IMG/VR virus record: IMGVR_UViG_3300012944_000005
Direction: 5' to 3' (one strand)
DNA length: 64,000 nucleotides
Source of the DNA: a virus
Within the stretch, counting starts at the first letter, position 1; each line of letters opens with the position of its first letter. The position numbers and the translations under genes are program-made. The notes below the pieces were generated by a model that saw nothing but the letters and a program-made list of their open reading frames with translations, made no database searches and was not told the DNA's origin. Shown piece after piece: positions 51,638 through 60,390 of the stretch.

Positions 51638-52342
51638 GTGCCCGGTTCGTCGAATCGGGCGGCAATGGAGGTGAGAGATGGACAGAAAAACGAAACGGCT
51701 GATTTTGTGGGAAGTCCTAACCGGGGTGACGGGTTGCCTGATTTACGCCCTATGGCGGTGGTGGCCGAGCGTGGCGAGGTTGCTGATGTAATTGGGGCAT
51801 TTGAGGCCAAAAAGCCGACAGCAAATGCCCCAAAAATAGTTAGGGAAATGCCCCAAATGCCCCAGGGATCAAATGCCCCAAATGCCCCAACGGTAACTAT
51901 TGAAAATGCGGGATTTGCCAAACCTACAGGATGGTCGAAATTATGGAGGTTGGAACGAAATGGACTCTACTTTAAGTACAGATTGCGATTCACAAACAGC
52001 AACGACACGCCCCAAGAATTCAAGCGGGTCACTCGGCAAGGCGGGAAGATCGGCCCCAAAATCGAAAGGGCGCTCGCGAAGCGGCCGGGCAGCGGACGAC
52101 ACGCGGCCAGCAGGGTGGAAGCCGGCCGGTTCCGAAGTCGGGCTTTCGATATTGCAGGCAGGATTCGATCAAGCGCTGGACGAGGGATTGACGGCGAGAT
52201 TGGGGCATTTGCCGCCGAGCGGGGAGATCTTGCACCACAGGATATTGATCGAAATTTGGGGCGCAGCGATATGCCCCAATTGTCAGGCGTGGACGGGGCA
52301 GACGATATGCCCCGCGTGCAGGAATCAGATTGGGTGATGTGA
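51638..52342 (+). CDS. hypothetical protein, reading frame doubtful in the 3' half
   Basis: The N-terminal two-thirds are plausible in this frame. The overlapping frame (51900..52337) ends in a convincing zinc ribbon, ICPNCQAWTGQTICPACRNQIG. Confidence 0.3.
   Translation: MPGSSNRAAMEVRDGQKNETADFVGSPNRGDGLPDLRPMAVVAERGEVADVIGAFEAKKPTANAPKIVREMPQMPQGSNAPNAPTVTIENAGFAKPTGWSKLWRLERNGLYFKYRLRFTNSNDTPQEFKRVTRQGGKIGPKIERALAKRPGSGRHAASRVEAGRFRSRAFDIAGRIRSSAGRGIDGEIGAFAAERGDLAPQDIDRNLGRSDMPQLSGVDGADDMPRVQESDWVM
51793..51890. repeat. iteron-like cluster of AAATGCCCCA(A)
   Basis: Five direct copies (51823, 51846, 51855, 51871, 51880) and one inverted copy (51793-51803) within 98 nt. Confidence 0.6.
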
Positions 52343-52355
52343 AGAAAGGAAACCA

Positions 52356-52595
52356 ATGACCGTTGAAGAAATTGCCAAATCAGGCGACTGGAAAATAGCG
52401 GGCGACATTGGCGACTGCGATGTCGGGCATTGCCTAAAGACGCCAAGCTCGTACGCCGAAATTCGCAAGCAGAAGGGCCACATCACCGTGGTTGATACGT
52501 GGTTCTTCTGCGGAGAACACTTCGCTGAATACCTGCGCGCCTGTGACGAGTTGAGAGAGAAGGCGAGGCTGAGCGCTCAGTCTAACGCGGCATAG
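52356..52595 (+). CDS. hypothetical protein (79 aa)
   Basis: ORF with GAAAGGAAACC upstream. Confidence 0.4.
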   Translation: MTVEEIAKSGDWKIAGDIGDCDVGHCLKTPSSYAEIRKQKGHITVVDTWFFCGEHFAEYLRACDELREKARLSAQSNAA

Positions 52596-52604
52596 GAGAA
52601 AACC

Positions 52605-52832
52605 ATGACCACAGAACAAAACGAAACCATTCGAATCCTGCGCGAGCTGCAAGGCTCGAAATGCTTCTGCGGCGCCAAGAAAGCCATGATGCAGAGCTTT
52701 TGTCGACCGCATTATTCGTCGCTGCCGCCGCTGATGCGCTCAGTGCTATATCAGCGCTTCGGTGAAGGCTACGAAGGGGCCTACGCGAAGGCTCGGGAAT
52801 ATTTTGAGCAAAACCAGAAAGAGGGGAAGTGA
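52605..52832 (+). CDS. hypothetical protein (75 aa)
   Basis: ORF with GGAGAAAACC upstream. ATGA overlap downstream. Confidence 0.4.
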   Translation: MTTEQNETIRILRELQGSKCFCGAKKAMMQSFCRPHYSSLPPLMRSVLYQRFGEGYEGAYAKAREYFEQNQKEGK

Positions 52833-53251
52833 TGAAAGCATTATCAATCAGACAGCCCTGGGCATGGGCGATACTCAACGCCGGCAAGGATATAGAAAAC
52901 CGCGACTGGCCGACGCGCTTTCGCGGGACGGTTGCGATCCACGCCGCGAAGGGGATGACGCGCGAGGAGTACGATCTTGCAATGGAGTTCCTTCGTGATA
53001 GCTTCCAGTTGGGTAGCGAGATTCCAAATCCGCCGTACCTCAACCAGTACGATCGCGGCGCCATCCTGGGCCTCGTTGACATCGTGGACTGCGTAACGCA
53101 CTCGGATTCGCCGTGGTTTCAGGGCGAATACGGCTTTGTCCTGGCCAATCCGCGACCGCTGAAAACCCCGATCCCGTGCCGCGGCGCGCTCAATTTTTGG
53201 GACGTGCCGGCGGAGATCCTTGAACAAATAAAGGAGCAAATAAATCTATGA
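52829..53251 (+). CDS. ASCH-domain protein
   Basis: MKALSIRQPWAWAILNAGKDIENRDWPTRFRGTVAIHAA is the typical ASCH N-terminal signature. Confidence 0.6.
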   Translation: MMKALSIRQPWAWAILNAGKDIENRDWPTRFRGTVAIHAAKGMTREEYDLAMEFLRDSFQLGSEIPNPPYLNQYDRGAILGLVDIVDCVTHSDSPWFQGEYGFVLANPRPLKTPIPCRGALNFWDVPAEILEQIKEQINL

Positions 53252-53964
53252 CACCGAATGAACGGGCGCACATTGCCGCGCAAAATCTATTCACAAACGG
53301 CGCTGGCGAGAAGGCCGTCAGGCTCACGCTACTCGACGCAGACGGACGCGAAATTGGCGGCTGGGGATTCGATCCGGCCGTAAAACTGATCGAGGACGTA
53401 ATCACCGCATTCGCGCTGAATGAAGCCGACATTCAACAGATCATGCCGAATCTACCAGCGTTGAAACTGGCGGCTTACCTACCTCACCTGATCAAGGCAA
53501 TGGCGGATCACGAGATCAATACACCGCTGCGCGCGGCCGCTTTTCTCGCGCAGCTCGCTCACGAGTCAGGCGAATTCCGCTGGCTTGAGGAAATTTGGGG
53601 CCCGACGCCTGCGCAAAAACGCTACGAAGGGCGCAAGGATCTCGGCAATACTCAACCGGGCGACGGCTTCCGCTTCAGAGGCCGCGGCCCCATTCAGATC
53701 ACCGGGCGCGACAACTACAAGAAGTACGGCGAGCTGCTCGGCGTTGACCTGATCGGCGATCCCGGTCTAGCGGCGCAGCCTGAGTGGACTTTTCAGATTG
53801 CGGCGGCCTATTGGGAGACCCACGAATTAAACAAGCGAGCAGACGCCGGGGACTTCGTTGCGATCACGCGCGCGATAAATGGTGGGTTGAATGGATTGGA
53901 AGATCGTGAGCGGTATTACGAGATAGCGAAGAAGGCGCTGGGCGTGGAGGTGAAAGCAGGATGA
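53248..53964 (+). CDS. endolysin, glycoside hydrolase family 19 (chitinase-like) catalytic domain
   Basis: AAFLAQLAHESGEFRWLEE...FRGRGPIQITGRDNYKKYG...INGGLNGLEDR motifs. Confidence 0.8.
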   Translation: MTPNERAHIAAQNLFTNGAGEKAVRLTLLDADGREIGGWGFDPAVKLIEDVITAFALNEADIQQIMPNLPALKLAAYLPHLIKAMADHEINTPLRAAAFLAQLAHESGEFRWLEEIWGPTPAQKRYEGRKDLGNTQPGDGFRFRGRGPIQITGRDNYKKYGELLGVDLIGDPGLAAQPEWTFQIAAAYWETHELNKRADAGDFVAITRAINGGLNGLEDRERYYEIAKKALGVEVKAG

Positions 53965-54164
53965 GCAATCAAGGAACGACAAAATACAAATGCCGGTGTG
54001 GAAAGGTCTTCATTCTGAGAAAGGACGGGACGATTCCGCAGCACGTCAGACCTATGAATAGGGTATGGCGGCGGCCTGGTCGAAGCGCCTGGGACTTGGA
54101 TCGTTGCGGTCTCGGCGGCCAAAGACCAGAGATGTACGAGGATGTCAAAACAATCCTTTTGTAG
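53961..54164 (+). CDS. hypothetical protein (67 aa)
   Basis: ATGA overlap with the endolysin gene. Confidence 0.35.
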   Translation: MSNQGTTKYKCRCGKVFILRKDGTIPQHVRPMNRVWRRPGRSAWDLDRCGLGGQRPEMYEDVKTILL

Positions 54165-54376
54165 CGAGTAGTCAATGACTGAGCAGGTATCAGGCATAGA
54201 TCCCAAAGTTCTCACCGGCGCGAAAACAGAAACCTGATCAAGGCCAAATATCCAAAGGCCATTTGTTTTTATCACGGCGCACTCCGTGATCGTTATGGCG
54301 TCAGGCTTACACCGGACGGGGAAGTGGTCGCTTATGGCCAATCGCCCGGCCAGGCTTGGCGCAGGGCGTATGAGAA

Positions 54377-54568
54377 ATGTTTGTAAAAGGGGCTTTTATG
54401 ATGGACCCAATCGAACTTGAAGAAAAAGCGACCGACTGGCTTACCCATATCGCTAGTCTCACAGGCTGCTGGCTGGTGGGTGTGCTGCTCCTGTTGCTGC
54501 TCGCGGGGTTCGTTGGGCTTGTAGTCGGCTTTGCGATCCGGGCCGCGAAATGGGCGATGGGGGTATGA
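54377..54568 (+). CDS. small TM protein (holin/lysis-associated candidate)
   Basis: TM segment WLVGVLLLLLLAGFVGLVVGFAI. Confidence 0.4.
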   Translation: MFVKGAFMMDPIELEEKATDWLTHIASLTGCWLVGVLLLLLLAGFVGLVVGFAIRAAKWAMGV

Positions 54569-54738
54569 GCGACCGCGAACTTGAACAACTCGAAAAGGAT
54601 GCCAAGCGACCTAACCGGGGCTGCAAATACTATCCGCCGTTCGTCGTCCTGGCGCTGATTGAGGAGTTGAAGAAAGCGCGGGAAGAATTGAGGGTGAAAC
54701 AGTGCGAACTATTTTCTACCGCTGAGGTGAAGGAATGA
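54550..54738 (+). CDS. hypothetical protein (62 aa)
   Basis: ORF overlapping the upstream gene by 19 nt. Confidence 0.35.
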   Translation: MGDGGMSDRELEQLEKDAKRPNRGCKYYPPFVVLALIEELKKAREELRVKQCELFSTAEVKE

Positions 54739-54783
54739 GCGAAGGCTGAGAAAGCGCCTCCTGGTGCAAAACTTCTATGACGG

Positions 54784-55680
54784 ATGGAAAGCCAAACCGA
54801 TAGGAAAATCAGACCCTCTTACATAACCTATATTATGCACGCTACAGAACTAGACAACTTAGACACTTTTTTGGCCGGATGGCTCGACAGCGGGCGCCGT
54901 AGCAGCCCGAATACACAGGAGGCTTACAGGCGTGACGTGCGGGCCTTTGCGGCCTATTCCCGCAAGCCAATCAAGGAAACTCAACCCGGTGACGTGATTG
55001 GCTATCAGTCCTATCTGCGCCATCAGGTCGGCAGCCCGGCGACGGAATATCGGAAGCTGTCCGCCCTTCGCAGCTTCTTCAAATACCTGAAGCTGACGAA
55101 GGAGATCACGGAAGACTTGGCCGCGATCATCAAGGCGCCGAAGGTGGAGAGCAATTTCAAGGCGAAGGCGCTGAGCGTGGACGAGATCCAGGCCATCATC
55201 GATGCAGCCGCGCCCAACCCGCTCGATTCCCTACTGCTGCGAATGCTCTTTGTGACAGGCGGCCGGATCTCCGAAGTCCTGGCGCTTACGTGGACACATT
55301 TGAAGGCGGCTGAAATTGGGGGCGGCTACGTCCATATTCTCGGCAAGGGCAAGAAGGAGCGCGAGGTCTACGTCGGGCCGGAACTGTGGGCGGACTTGAA
55401 CCTACATATCGTTGACGACGGCGCTAACGGGTATTTGTTTCAAATGGATCGCCACGAGGCGGCGGCAATGCTGAAGAAGGCGGCGAAGGCTGCAAAGATC
55501 ACCAAGTCTGTCACGCCTCACATCTTCCGGCATTCGCTGGCGACCTACTTGCTGGCCAGCAGAAAAGCCACGCTGATGCAGGTACGCGATCAGCTTGGAC
55601 ACTCCGACATTTCAACCACGTCGCTCTATCTTCACGCTGAGGATAGGGCGGCAATGATTCGAGATATGCCGATTAAGTAA
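54784..55680 (+). CDS. second tyrosine recombinase (XerC/D-like)
   Basis: N-terminal SAM-like region AYRRDVRAFAAY, then TGGRISEVLALTW, HIFRHSLATYLL and LGHSDISTTSLYLH. The start may be at 54838. Confidence 0.75.
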   Translation: MESQTDRKIRPSYITYIMHATELDNLDTFLAGWLDSGRRSSPNTQEAYRRDVRAFAAYSRKPIKETQPGDVIGYQSYLRHQVGSPATEYRKLSALRSFFKYLKLTKEITEDLAAIIKAPKVESNFKAKALSVDEIQAIIDAAAPNPLDSLLLRMLFVTGGRISEVLALTWTHLKAAEIGGGYVHILGKGKKEREVYVGPELWADLNLHIVDDGANGYLFQMDRHEAAAMLKKAAKAAKITKSVTPHIFRHSLATYLLASRKATLMQVRDQLGHSDISTTSLYLHAEDRAAMIRDMPIK

Positions 55681-55717
55681 CCGACTGCACGGCTTATAGG
55701 CGATAGAGAAAGGAAAT

Positions 55718-55984
55718 ATGACGCAAGAGGAAAAACGAGCATATCAGCGAGGCTATGCGGCTGGCATTCGTGGCAGATGGCCCGTTCATAGGCCGCCCCA
55801 ACCTCCAAATCAAGTCATTGCCAGTCTATTGTTGGCGTTGCGCGAAATCCGCGACCACCTGGATAGCGAACTGGCAACAATAGACGACGCGGAGTGGGAG
55901 TTGGCGTTCAGCCCAATCATTAACAAAGCTGACGCGGCCGCTGAGTCGGTTACTGAGTGGCTAGCCAGTGCAACAGAATGTTAA
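55718..55984 (+). CDS. hypothetical protein (88 aa)
   Basis: ORF with GAAAGGAAAT upstream. Confidence 0.4.
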   Translation: MTQEEKRAYQRGYAAGIRGRWPVHRPPQPPNQVIASLLLALREIRDHLDSELATIDDAEWELAFSPIINKADAAAESVTEWLASATEC

Positions 55985-56149
55985 GAAGGTAGCGCCATAA
56001 ATCGAGGAATATGAAAGAACACAACTGGCGAGGCTGGCTAAGTTTCGCAATATTCGTGGGTTTAACCCTTACGTTGCTTTACTTGTACAGCGATAGATAT
56101 TAAACCGCGGCCGCATAACCGCCACGGACGCGTGGTAAATGGAGAGAAC

Positions 56150-56500
56150 ATGAAAGATGCAGAATTGGAATCCGGACGCGAACTCGACGCCCTGATTGCT
56201 GAGAGGGTTATGGGCTGGCTGCCACACCGGCGAAACTCTGCCTACTATGTGGACGCTGCCGCTGTGAATTCCGTCGGCGAGGCGTTTGTGATCCGCGAAT
56301 CTGTTACGCACTGGAAGCCGTCAGTCCATATTGCCGCCGCTTGGCAGGTGAAGCAGGAAATACTCAAGAAAGGCCTCGGCCAGCAGTTCGCTGACTGCTA
56401 TATCAACGAGACGCCCTGGCATTGGGTGTTCCTCAAGACCGAGGCGTTCTGTCTGATTATCTGTCGCGCCGCATTGAAGGCCATGAACATCGCCGCATAA
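56150..56500 (+). CDS. phage ABA-sandwich-domain-like protein
   Basis: Start at MKDAELESGRELDALIAERVMGWLP (GGAGAG RBS). The LDALIAE-x-VMGW signature is present. Confidence 0.45.
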   Translation: MKDAELESGRELDALIAERVMGWLPHRRNSAYYVDAAAVNSVGEAFVIRESVTHWKPSVHIAAAWQVKQEILKKGLGQQFADCYINETPWHWVFLKTEAFCLIICRAALKAMNIAA

Positions 56501-56516
56501 CCCCGCGCAGCTCAGG

Positions 56517-56756
56517 GTGTGGGATGGAAGGGACGATGCCCCGCCCAAGCCGGCGCGCAAGATGGGATTTCACTATTATGGAAAAATGACGACTTCTCGG
56601 AGAATCTTGATGCCTGAAACCATAACCGCTGAACCCATCAACCCGCCCTGCCCTATCTGCAAAGAGCAGGCGCTGATTTTGCAGCAACGCGAGCCGCCGG
56701 TCTACTGGTGTGCCATGTGCCGGAAGTGGTTTAATGAGAAATTGGAGAGGATATGA
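56517..56756 (+). CDS. small zinc-ribbon protein
   Basis: CPICKE...WCAMCRKW. The true start is possibly internal. Confidence 0.35.
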   Translation: MWDGRDDAPPKPARKMGFHYYGKMTTSRRILMPETITAEPINPPCPICKEQALILQQREPPVYWCAMCRKWFNEKLERI

Positions 56757-57406
56757 GCTTGCATTGGCTAACAAACGAATACGATCCCACCCGAGAGGAT
56801 GCCGAAAACTACCTGCCAATTATGCGCGGCCAGGATAGAGGCCAGGCATGGCGTCACCATCAAGAATGGCTGCAAGATAAGATAATTGCCCTGCCGAGAG
56901 CTACAAGCGAATATTCTGTCGAGGATATGGAGGCTGCGCACATAGTAGGGATCTATAGTAGGATGGAAGAATCTATTCCCTGCGGAATGCCATTCGAAAC
57001 GCCATTCAGGGAATACGACCCGGAACCATCTACGGATTCATCCTGCGATCTGGAGATCGAGTGCGACGCCTTGCGAGACAAAGAGGCGCGCATTCTATCC
57101 CGCGCAATTGGCGGCAATATCGAAAGCCGCGAGCTGGCTGAAGGGACATATGAGCACGCCGTAAAGGAGACGCCGATGCAATGGACAACTGAATATCCGA
57201 CGCAGCCGGGGTTTTATTGGGTTAAGAATATGATCCATCGGTCTAAGCGCGTAGATGCCGAGCCGCATATCGTAGGCGTTATTCCCGAATATCCGCCCGA
57301 ACTTGGCCCGTCTGATATGGAATTCTACTTCCCTGGCAATGAAGCGCGCGGGGATCGCGATGATGTTTCAGCCGAATGGTACGGCCCGATCGAGCCGCCG
57401 GAATAA
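56753..57406 (+). CDS. hypothetical protein (217 aa)
   Basis: ATGA overlap upstream. Last gene of the plus-strand block. Confidence 0.45.
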   Translation: MSLHWLTNEYDPTREDAENYLPIMRGQDRGQAWRHHQEWLQDKIIALPRATSEYSVEDMEAAHIVGIYSRMEESIPCGMPFETPFREYDPEPSTDSSCDLEIECDALRDKEARILSRAIGGNIESRELAEGTYEHAVKETPMQWTTEYPTQPGFYWVKNMIHRSKRVDAEPHIVGVIPEYPPELGPSDMEFYFPGNEARGDRDDVSAEWYGPIEPPE

Positions 57407-57439
57407 TCAAAGGCACGCCGGCTTCCCTGCCCTTCCCTA

Positions 57440-57700
57440 TCACCTCACCAGCTCCGTCGCCCTCGAACTATTCATAGGCGGATCGCGCCTCACGATGACA
57501 TGTCCTAACTGGCCCGTTCTCGTCGACGTCGTCACCGCTCCGGCGCATTTTACGATCACGGTATCGCCCAGGATTTCAATGATCCAGCCGTCGAGTTCCA
57601 GGCACCCAGCCCTCGGCGTCTCGGGCACAATCTCGCTGATCGGCTGCGTCGACAGATTCTGGCGTGGCAGAAGGCTGTAAATCTTTCCTTGCTCGTTCAT
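57440..57700 (-). CDS. hypothetical protein (86 aa)
   Basis: Start at MNEQGKIY (ATG 57700), overlapping the stop of the 896-aa gene. Confidence 0.4.
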   Translation of the reverse strand: MNEQGKIYSLLPRQNLSTQPISEIVPETPRAGCLELDGWIIEILGDTVIVKCAGAVTTSTRTGQLGHVIVRRDPPMNSSRATELVR

Positions 57701-60390
57701 CAAAGCCTCGCCTCCAGGAACTGGAACGAAAGATCGATCACGCATTCATCATAGCCATCGTGATGGATGATCGAGTCGAACCAGCCGACCTTGCGAATAC
57801 CGCGGAGCTTATCTTCGAGAATGAAGCGCTTGCCGAACCCGTGCGCGTCGAAGAAGGCGTCCACGCTGTTTGATTCCGTCAAACTGCGCTCGGTGAATTT
57901 CACAGGATAGGAATCGTAGGCCGGAGCCTTCTCGCGTGTGATTCGACTGCTGCGATCCTCGCTCATGCTGATCAGCGCTGTGAGATTCCGATCCCAACTG
58001 ACCGGCAGTGTCGGATTGTTCAATGGGAACAGATCGAGAATCAGCACATCCCGAATCGCCGTGAAGGTCCCATTGCTAACCGTAATTCTTACGGTCTGCC
58101 CAGTCAGCGACGGCGAGGTCCAGTTTCCCGTGCTCGAATTGATCGTACCAGTGCTGACCGTCCATACGATTGGAGCAGGCTTCAGCGCGATCGATATCCT
58201 GCCCTGAACGCTCGCAGTCGCAAGCGTGGCAGTCGTTGCGGCATATGCGCCCGCAACAACTTTCTCGCCCGTGATAACAGCGAACCCGCCGCCGTTGCCC
58301 TGCGCCGTATTGATGTCCGCCCGCTCTGTCAGATTCGCCAGATCGGTATTGACGTATCCGGACGCTTGTGGAGTGGCTGTATCCGTCGCATTCGCCACGG
58401 CCAGAACGACCAGGCAGTTAGGAAGTGTCGTCGTGTCACCGGGGATTGATACCGCCGTGCTCGACCCGCCTGTGTTGCCGGAGGTCACGTCCCACGGATT
58501 GCCGGTATCAATACAACCGCGAAACGCGTGAATCTGAGCAACCACGTGATCACCCGGATCGGTAATCGTCGGCGCTGATTCATTCGCTGTCGCCCGGCGC
58601 CAAAATACAGTCAGGGCGGTCGAGGTCGCGCCCCCAACCGTCCCTGTACCCTGCGGAGAGTCAGCAACGGCGCTCCATCCTGCCGGCGCGGAGACGGTCT
58701 CATTCGCGGTCTCGACGAATAACAGTAGGATGTCATTCGCCTGGATGCCCGCAGGCGGTCCGGGCGTAATATTCCCCGTTCCCTCGGCAAACGTCCCGGC
58801 GGCAATGAAAGTCGGTAGCGCCGGAATGTTCGTATCCCAGTCTATTGTTTCAAGCGGTCCGACGAAGGCAAAACTCGGAGTGATTATCGCGGGAATATTA
58901 ACGAGAATATCCGCCACCTGATTTCCGGTTGCGGCTGTTGCTCGAACCACGGTCGTGCCTGGAGCGATCGGCGCCGTGAAGACGCCATTCGAAAACGAGC
59001 CCCCACCGCTGACCACTGACCATGTTGGCGGATTATTGGCGACGTCGTAGTTCGTCTGAAAGCGAATTATCTGGCCCGGTTGAAGCGTGACGACTGTATC
59101 ACCAAATATCTGCAGCGGCGGAATCGTAGTTGTGGCTGATGTGCTCTGTAGGGACGGATACTTACCGAACTGATCGAATTCACACCGACCGTCGAAGAGA
59201 TAGAAGCTCCCGCCATTGAGCACTCTGCCTTCTAGGTCAACCAGTGAGGCTGGTACCTCCAATCGCGTCCATACTCCGGTCGCAGGCAGCGCGCCCATAA
59301 AGCGCCGGCTGGGCGTGCCGTTCGTCCCGTTGGCGATCAGATTCGCGCCCCAGTAGGCCCGATGCTCGAAGCCGGTCGCGTCCGTCGCCTTCCATTCCAG
59401 CACAATTTCTTGTGGAGGGGTGACCGCGTCGAGGTAGACATAGCATGTCAACACGTCGCCCTGATTGATCTGGAAAGTAGCGGCCGCGCCACTGAAAACA
59501 TAATTGTGGTTACCTGCCGCATTCGGGATTCGAAGTTCGAGATTACCCGAGATCGGCACAGGCGGCGGTGAATTGACCCATGAACCCGAAGGGGTGCCGA
59601 TAAGCGTGGCGCCGGCTGGCAGTCCGTCTTCAAGCCAGATTTCGATGCCCGTATCAATCTTCGCAGCCAGTTGATACGCGCCGGGAATGGTCGCGTTGAA
59701 GTATTCGGCTTGAAGATCAGATACGTTGGTCGAGCCGTGACTCGGCGTCGCAAAAACCACGATTGGGTTATTGCTGCGGTTCCGTGGCCGCAACCGCCAA
59801 TCTCCCTTAAGAAGCGGCGCGGGGATTACCGGGGTCCTGCCCGTGCCTGAGGGCACGGTCACCTGTAAATCGCTGAAAAACGCTGGGCCCTGAATGCCGG
59901 CCGCAAAGCCGGCGGTTCGCTCATGTGCCAATATATCGTTGATAAATAGCCGAAACCCGCTATTGAGTTCGGTTCGCACCCGATCCCCAATGCCTACTGT
60001 ACGAGCCAGCGTTGTCAGTATGGCAAAGGTCTCATCGCGGATTATTATCTGAGAGGGATTAAGCTCGACGCTGTAGATCCAATGGTTAGGATCGCCGGGG
60101 CTACCAAAATAAGCTTTCCATAGAAATATTCCACCCGAAATTACCGGCAAGCAGTTATTTTCAATCAAAAACTCAAACGAACCGGCACCCATCAATTGCA
60201 GCGCGCTTTCGGCTGCCGTGGTGGTCTGAGTGGCGCCACCGCCTGCTATGCTCTGGGCGACGGATCCATTAACTCGGACAACGCCACCAACGCCCGACCA
60301 GAGCGGGACCAAGTCTTTGGCCCTGACACTAAATATCTGACGGTCATTCGGGAAGATTTGAATGGCCTGCGGAAACATGTCTATGCTCAT
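57700..60390 (-). CDS. tail fibre / host-recognition protein
   Basis: 896 aa, last large gene of the tail-tip block. Beta-rich and Thr/Gly/Ala-rich. Shares a domain of about 110 aa with the upstream 710-aa protein. Confidence 0.55.
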   Translation of the reverse strand: MSIDMFPQAIQIFPNDRQIFSVRAKDLVPLWSGVGGVVRVNGSVAQSIAGGGATQTTTAAESALQLMGAGSFEFLIENNCLPVISGGIFLWKAYFGSPGDPNHWIYSVELNPSQIIIRDETFAILTTLARTVGIGDRVRTELNSGFRLFINDILAHERTAGFAAGIQGPAFFSDLQVTVPSGTGRTPVIPAPLLKGDWRLRPRNRSNNPIVVFATPSHGSTNVSDLQAEYFNATIPGAYQLAAKIDTGIEIWLEDGLPAGATLIGTPSGSWVNSPPPVPISGNLELRIPNAAGNHNYVFSGAAATFQINQGDVLTCYVYLDAVTPPQEIVLEWKATDATGFEHRAYWGANLIANGTNGTPSRRFMGALPATGVWTRLEVPASLVDLEGRVLNGGSFYLFDGRCEFDQFGKYPSLQSTSATTTIPPLQIFGDTVVTLQPGQIIRFQTNYDVANNPPTWSVVSGGGSFSNGVFTAPIAPGTTVVRATAATGNQVADILVNIPAIITPSFAFVGPLETIDWDTNIPALPTFIAAGTFAEGTGNITPGPPAGIQANDILLLFVETANETVSAPAGWSAVADSPQGTGTVGGATSTALTVFWRRATANESAPTITDPGDHVVAQIHAFRGCIDTGNPWDVTSGNTGGSSTAVSIPGDTTTLPNCLVVLAVANATDTATPQASGYVNTDLANLTERADINTAQGNGGGFAVITGEKVVAGAYAATTATLATASVQGRISIALKPAPIVWTVSTGTINSSTGNWTSPSLTGQTVRITVSNGTFTAIRDVLILDLFPLNNPTLPVSWDRNLTALISMSEDRSSRITREKAPAYDSYPVKFTERSLTESNSVDAFFDAHGFGKRFILEDKLRGIRKVGWFDSIIHHDGYDECVIDLSFQFLEARL

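Noticed and set aside
52200-52324. Additional ATGCCCC / GGGGCAT copies as part of the iteron set
   Set aside because: In the convincing C-terminal frame these simply encode LGHL and the Cys-Pro of two CPxC zinc-ribbon knuckles. They are more likely coding coincidence than binding sites.
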